A stretch of DNA of 63,995 nt, filler included, from Diploschistes diacapsis (lineage: Eukaryota): assembly GCA_023645945.1 (NCBI GenBank). It is 4 parts of 4 records of this genome, joined end to end, with 100 filler letters (N's around TTAATTAATTAA, not from the genome) between each part and the next. Parts side by side here need not be neighbours in the genome. Positions count along the whole stretch, not along the records: positions 50,002 to 63,995 come from JALAIB010000621.1; 3 more parts are not named here. One strand, written 5' to 3'. The notes under the pieces were generated by a model, which saw nothing but the letters and a program-made list of their open reading frames with translations, was not told where the DNA came from and made no database searches. This document shows positions 59,283-63,995 of the stretch, in pieces; within the stretch, counting starts at the first letter, position 1; each line of letters starts with the position of its first letter. Position numbers and translations under genes: made by a program.

Positions 59283-61115
59283 TTACTCCATAGTCTCCAC
59301 AAACCTCCTCTCCTCCTCTTCCCACTTCCTCCTCTCCATTCCCTCCCTCGCCTCCAGCGCCCTCACAAACCTCCAAGCCTCCGTATCCGCCAGGTTCCAC
59401 GCCTCCACCACCTTCCGCATGTCCACCGGGCCCCTGAACCTCTCGTTCTCCAACGCTTCTTTAGCATGCCGCACAATATCCGCCTGCTTGACAAGCGCTT
59501 CGTTCGTCGGCCTCTTGTTGTCCAGGCCCTTCAGCAAGTCGCTCAGCACAGAAGGCTCCGAGTTCAGGACAGGCGTGGGCAGCGTTATCGGCGCGCTGTG
59601 GTCGCTTGCATCCGGGGTCAGGGGCAGGGAGAAGCCAAAGTGCCATTCTAGGTCCTTCCATGTCCAGTCCTGCTCGGCGGTGCGCCAGATGGAGTGTGCG
59701 CGCGTCTTCTCGGCGGCGACGAAGTCTTTGAAGGGAACGAGGCGCGTGTAGGCGGATAAGCCGGGGGTGAGCATGTCGAGAGTCACTTTGTTGAGCCAGT
59801 TGTCGCGCTGTTGTTGGCGGCGGATGTAGGTCACATCCACGTTTGTGCTTGATAAGAGGAGAAGGGTGAGAGTGTAGGGATGAGGTATGGTGCCAATGGT
59901 GAAGAGCTTGGTGGAGTTGGAGAGGGTCTGCGGGTAGATGATGGTGGTGGGCTTGCAAGGCTGGCATTTTGGCCGGTTTGGAGGGCAGGAAGCAGGGAGC
60001 GGAGTCTTGGGGCAGGTGTTGAGCGATTTGGCGAGGACTATGCTTGGGGAGGCCATGATAGTTGTCTTGAGGCCTTGCGAGTTGAGGACCGCGATGCCGG
60101 AAGGGTATGTTTCAAGGAAGGTGCCGTGAAGGTGGTGGGTCAGAAGAAGCTGAAGGGAGGTTAGACCAGCGGACTCTGATTCGCGGATCTCGTCGGCAAT
60201 GCTTTGATAGTGGGAGGAGAGGGCGTTACGGTCATAGATGGCAATACCGGAGGGTTTTGGTTGGACAGCCAGGGCGTCACGGTCGGGAATGGCATCTTGT
60301 AGCGTCTTCTGCTCCGAGAGGTTTGGGGAGTTCAGTATTGATTGCACAGCGGAATTTATTGCGGGCGCGGAGCCTACGAAAAGACCATTCGCCAAAGTCT
60401 CGTAACGGGTCAGAGACGGGTATTGACCTCTCCGCAAGAAGGCTAGATCGTGATCATCACGCGGAGCCATTGGAAGTACCAGCCAATTGGCGAGTATTCC
60501 TGTACCCATATGTCCCCAGGCAAGCCAACGCATCAGTTCGTTCTTCAACCCCTCATCTAACTCCCTCTTCCCGAGTACTTCGTAGTGAGGGCTCTTTTGG
60601 GCTTCAGCGTGACCCAAAACAATGGGTTTGAACCCTTGTGCCCACCAAGCCCTTCGCCAAATTGTTATAAGATTCCTCTCTTGCTCGACGACGTCAGGAT
60701 TTCTGTCAGACTTCGGGTCATAGTAGGTATATATTGGTGGTCTTTCTTCCAATGGAGGCAAGACGGCCCGTGTATCATCCATAGTCACCGAAGAAGAGAA
60801 CGGATTTAGCCATTTCCAATCACTATACCACTTTGTGTCTCCACTGCTACTATTCTTCTGTATTGGCGGCTTGTGGGCCGAGGACTGAAAGAAGTGAGGC
60901 AACTCTGGTAGTGAGGGAAGTTTGGGAGTGGGAATATGATGCGCAGCATCTTTAGCGACTGATGAGACCTCCTGTACGGAAGAAGTTGAGAAGAAGATGG
61001 TAAAGAAAATGAAAGCTGCGACGGCGAAGATGATCAATGGACCGCGGGAACGGCGTTGAGGCGTAGGATAGGCGGAGGCACCGCTAGAGTATCCTCTCAC
61101 TTCCTTATGCTCCAT
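59283..61115 (-). CDS. Uncharacterised type II membrane protein (single N-terminal TM)
   Basis: ATG at 61115. RRSRG followed by hydrophobic PLIIFAVAAFIFFTIFF, then a lumenal domain with WRRAWWAQGFKPIVL, RWLAWGHMGTG, SCPPNRPKC and VEAWNLADTEAWRFVRA. Confidence 0.8.
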   Translation of the reverse strand: MEHKEVRGYSSGASAYPTPQRRSRGPLIIFAVAAFIFFTIFFSTSSVQEVSSVAKDAAHHIPTPKLPSLPELPHFFQSSAHKPPIQKNSSSGDTKWYSDWKWLNPFSSSVTMDDTRAVLPPLEERPPIYTYYDPKSDRNPDVVEQERNLITIWRRAWWAQGFKPIVLGHAEAQKSPHYEVLGKRELDEGLKNELMRWLAWGHMGTGILANWLVLPMAPRDDHDLAFLRRGQYPSLTRYETLANGLFVGSAPAINSAVQSILNSPNLSEQKTLQDAIPDRDALAVQPKPSGIAIYDRNALSSHYQSIADEIRESESAGLTSLQLLLTHHLHGTFLETYPSGIAVLNSQGLKTTIMASPSIVLAKSLNTCPKTPLPASCPPNRPKCQPCKPTTIIYPQTLSNSTKLFTIGTIPHPYTLTLLLLSSTNVDVTYIRRQQQRDNWLNKVTLDMLTPGLSAYTRLVPFKDFVAAEKTRAHSIWRTAEQDWTWKDLEWHFGFSLPLTPDASDHSAPITLPTPVLNSEPSVLSDLLKGLDNKRPTNEALVKQADIVRHAKEALENERFRGPVDMRKVVEAWNLADTEAWRFVRALEAREGMERRKWEEEERRFVETME

Positions 61116-61406
61116 TGCCACACCAGCGCATGCAAATGGAACTTGCTCCTCGCCAGAAGGAAAATAAGCTTGGGAGACAAATGCTGCAAAGAATACCACA
61201 CAGGCCAAGCTTTACTCAGCCCTACGAAGTCGTACCGCAACCTCAGGGGCTTTCAATCCTTTCTGATTTGGGCAAAGTGATTGGGTGAGGCACACAGGTG
61301 GGGTGAACTCCACGAAAGTATTAAAAACTTTTGCATTTACAAACAAGATCTCCTAGAATCAATACATTTTGACGCTGATCAGATATTTCGTATCGTATTC
61401 CTTTCA

Positions 61407-63995
61407 ATGATGGCGGCTGAAGGGGGCTCGGACCCCATGTTGAAGCTTGAAAATACAGAAAAAAGAGATGTCCTGATCAAGCTGGAGGAAAAGTACCAAA
61501 GGAAATGGCAAGATTCCAAGGTATTCGAGTTTGACGCGCCTACGCTCTCAGAGATGCCTGGTGCGACACAACAGGAAATGCACAAAAAGCATCCAAAAGC
61601 CTACGTGAACTTCGCTTTCCCATATATGAACGGGTCTCTCCATGTAGGGCACACGTTCACGGTCAGCAAGGCCGAGTTTACAGCAGGGTTCAATCGGATG
61701 CAGGGGAAGCGCACCTTGTTCCCCTTGGGTTATCACTGTACTGGAATGCCAATTAAAGCTTGCGCGGATAAGCTTGTTGCGGAAGTTGCTCGTTTCGGAC
61801 AAAATTTTGAGAACTATGAGGAAGAAGAGGCAGCGAGCGCGGCCGACTACATACCTGCGCCAACTCAAGCGCAGACGAAGGAGGACATCACAAAGTTCAC
61901 GGCTACTAAAGGAAAAGCAAATGCAAAAACGATTAAGGCCAAGTACCAATTCCAGATTATGTTGTCCCAAAATATATCCAAGTCAGAGCTGCACAAGTTC
62001 TCAGATCCCCTGTATTGGTTAGAATATTTCCCACCGCTGTGTAAGCAGGACTTGATCAGGTTCGGTGCTCGAATAGACTGGAGAAGACAGTTTGTCACAA
62101 CGGATGCGAATCCATACTTTGACACGTTTGTCAGATGGCAAATGAATCGTCTGCATGAGCAGTCGAAAATTCAGTTTGGCTCTAGATACACGATATATTC
62201 TCCTAAGGATGGCCAGCCATGTATGGACCACGATCGGGACGAGGGTGAGGCTATTCTGCCGCAGGAGTACACGGCTCTGAAACTGAAAGTCAAGGAATGG
62301 GCCCCCAAGGCTGCTGAAATCGTGAATGGCAAGATTCCGGAAGGAGCGGATGCATTTTTCGTGCCAGCCACTCTAAGACCAGAAACCATGTACGGGCAGA
62401 CATGCTGTTTCGTGGGCCCTTCTATTACCTATGGTCTCTTCAAGGCATCTGAGAAGGAGTACTTCGTTTTCACCAAACGAGCTGCCTGGAACTTGGCTTT
62501 TCAAGGACACTTTTTTGACAGCGATCACTTTCCGAGAAAAGCAGACGCGCTTCAGCCCATAGTCGAGTTTCTTGGGTCCGTAGCAATTGGGACTGTAGTC
62601 AATGCGCCTCTATCTGTGCATAAGGATGTTCGGATATTGCCAATGGAAACTGTTCTGGCCACGAAAGGCACCGGCGTGGTCACTTCGGTTCCATCAGATA
62701 GTCCAGATGATTTCGCAACGGTCCGCGACTTGGCTAAGAAGCCTGATTATTACGGCATTCAGAAAGAATGGGCCGAGCTTGAGATCCTCCCCATAATCAG
62801 AATCAAGACAGATGAGCCTCATAAGAACATCATTGCGAAATACTTGGTGGAAGAGAAGTACAAGATCCAGTCGCCAAAAGATACCACTGCACTAGCAAAA
62901 GCAAAGGACGACGCTTACAAAGACGGCTACTATAAAGGTGAGATGATGATTGGTGACTACAAAGGCCAGCCAGTAGAGGTTGCAAAACCCAAAGTCAGAG
63001 AGTCCTTGATCAAAAGTGGTCAAGCATTTGCTTACGCAGAACCGGCCGGCCGAGTCATCAGCCGAAGCGGTGATGAGTGTGTAGTTGCGTATTTGGGGCA
63101 ATGGTTCATGAACTATGGCGACCAAGATCCAGAATGGCGAGATTCTGTCCTAGATTATCTTAAGAGCCCGGCTTTTGAAGCTTACACGCCAGAAACCGAG
63201 CATGCTTTTGAAGGCGTCATAGGATGGCTGAACCGATGGGCATGCGCTCGCTCTTTTGGCCTAGGTTCAAGACTTCCTTGGGACAAGAAGTTCTTGGTGG
63301 AGAGTTTGAGCGACAGTACAATTTATATGGCGTACTATACTGTAGCGCACTTCCTTCACGGCGACCTTTTTGGAAAAACACACGGGATCTTCAACATCAA
63401 GGCAGAGCAGATGACGGACAACGTCTGGGATTATATTGTGATGCGAACTGAATACGATGACAAATTGACCAAGGAAAGTGGCATACCGAAAGTCGAGTTG
63501 GAGACCCTTCGGCGGCAGCTCGAATACTGGTATCCTTTCGACATGCGAGTCTCCGGCAAAGACCTGCTTCCCAACCACCTAACCTTCTGCTTGTACGTGC
63601 ATGCCGCACTATTTCCCAAGAAGCTCTGGCCGCGCTCCATCCGCTGCAACGGACACTTACTGCTTAATGGTGCCAAGATGAGCAAAAGCAAAGGCAACTT
63701 CCTAACACTAAACGACGCCTGCAAGAAATTCGGCACAGACGCAACACGAGTCGCGCTTGCTGATGCCGGCGACGGCGTTGACGACGCGAACTTCGACGAG
63801 ACCGTCGCCAACAGCTCCATCCTACGCCTCTACACCCTAAAGGAGTGGTGCGAAGAAGTCGTCAACGACAAGTCCCTCCGGGACGGCGAAGCAAACGATT
63901 TCTTCGACCAGCTATTCAACAACGAGATAAACCAGCTTGTGCACGAGGCCTACAGGCACTACGAAGCGTTCGTCCCCTTTCCCCTTCCGAGACCC
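61407..63995 (+). CDS. CDC60: Cytosolic leucyl-tRNA synthetase, partial (missing from the ORF track because no stop lies in the window)
   Basis: MMAAEGGSDPMLKLENTEKRD..., HIGH-type motif FPYMNGSLHVGH, editing-domain ATLRPETMYGQT and KGTGVVTSVPSDSPDD, and KMSKSKGN at about 63676. Confidence 0.97.
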   Translation, partial: MMAAEGGSDPMLKLENTEKRDVLIKLEEKYQRKWQDSKVFEFDAPTLSEMPGATQQEMHKKHPKAYVNFAFPYMNGSLHVGHTFTVSKAEFTAGFNRMQGKRTLFPLGYHCTGMPIKACADKLVAEVARFGQNFENYEEEEAASAADYIPAPTQAQTKEDITKFTATKGKANAKTIKAKYQFQIMLSQNISKSELHKFSDPLYWLEYFPPLCKQDLIRFGARIDWRRQFVTTDANPYFDTFVRWQMNRLHEQSKIQFGSRYTIYSPKDGQPCMDHDRDEGEAILPQEYTALKLKVKEWAPKAAEIVNGKIPEGADAFFVPATLRPETMYGQTCCFVGPSITYGLFKASEKEYFVFTKRAAWNLAFQGHFFDSDHFPRKADALQPIVEFLGSVAIGTVVNAPLSVHKDVRILPMETVLATKGTGVVTSVPSDSPDDFATVRDLAKKPDYYGIQKEWAELEILPIIRIKTDEPHKNIIAKYLVEEKYKIQSPKDTTALAKAKDDAYKDGYYKGEMMIGDYKGQPVEVAKPKVRESLIKSGQAFAYAEPAGRVISRSGDECVVAYLGQWFMNYGDQDPEWRDSVLDYLKSPAFEAYTPETEHAFEGVIGWLNRWACARSFGLGSRLPWDKKFLVESLSDSTIYMAYYTVAHFLHGDLFGKTHGIFNIKAEQMTDNVWDYIVMRTEYDDKLTKESGIPKVELETLRRQLEYWYPFDMRVSGKDLLPNHLTFCLYVHAALFPKKLWPRSIRCNGHLLLNGAKMSKSKGNFLTLNDACKKFGTDATRVALADAGDGVDDANFDETVANSSILRLYTLKEWCEEVVNDKSLRDGEANDFFDQLFNNEINQLVHEAYRHYEAFVPFPLPRP

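Noticed and set aside
2303..63995. Possible functional gene cluster (trafficking genes SAC6, TM9SF, arrestin, SWA2 and PTR2 in one window)
   Set aside because: The genes are interspersed with unrelated housekeeping genes and spread over separate contigs, and nothing in the sequence shows co-regulation or a mobile cargo element.

Overview
Gene-dense genomic DNA from a filamentous ascomycete (Pezizomycotina), inferred from short GT-AG introns with CTRAC branch points and RIP-like AT-rich transposon relics. Three artificial 100-nt contig linkers (N44-TTAATTAATTAA-N44) split it into four contigs. About 22 protein-coding loci are present, mostly housekeeping: propionyl-CoA synthetase (PTS1), CinA/PncC-like protein, fimbrin, DDHD phospholipase, TinA/ADIP-like protein (5'-truncated), TM9SF/EMP70, alpha-arrestin, a dsRBD-only protein, PTR2, ceramide glucosyltransferase (3'-truncated), Swa2, Cox20, Otu1, Fhl1, a 2OG-Fe(II) oxygenase, a DsbA/FrnE-like protein, a large MYND-like Zn-finger protein, a 3-KH RNA-binding protein, a type II membrane protein, cytosolic LeuRS (runs off the window) and two hypothetical proteins. 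There is also a frameshifted cupin, and pogo/Fot1-like and LTR-like relics. I found no tRNA, rRNA, CRISPR or secondary-metabolite cluster, and no clearly novel multi-gene system. The most notable unexplained signals are: recurrent C/A-rich to G/T-rich strand-skew flips near gene 3' ends; a PncC-like protein with an altered catalytic dyad and a PTS1-like tail; candidate UTR splicing and structure controls on the KH gene; and a 100-bp inverted transposon-end pair bracketing a 15-kb gene block. Family assignments come from motif recognition, not database searches.
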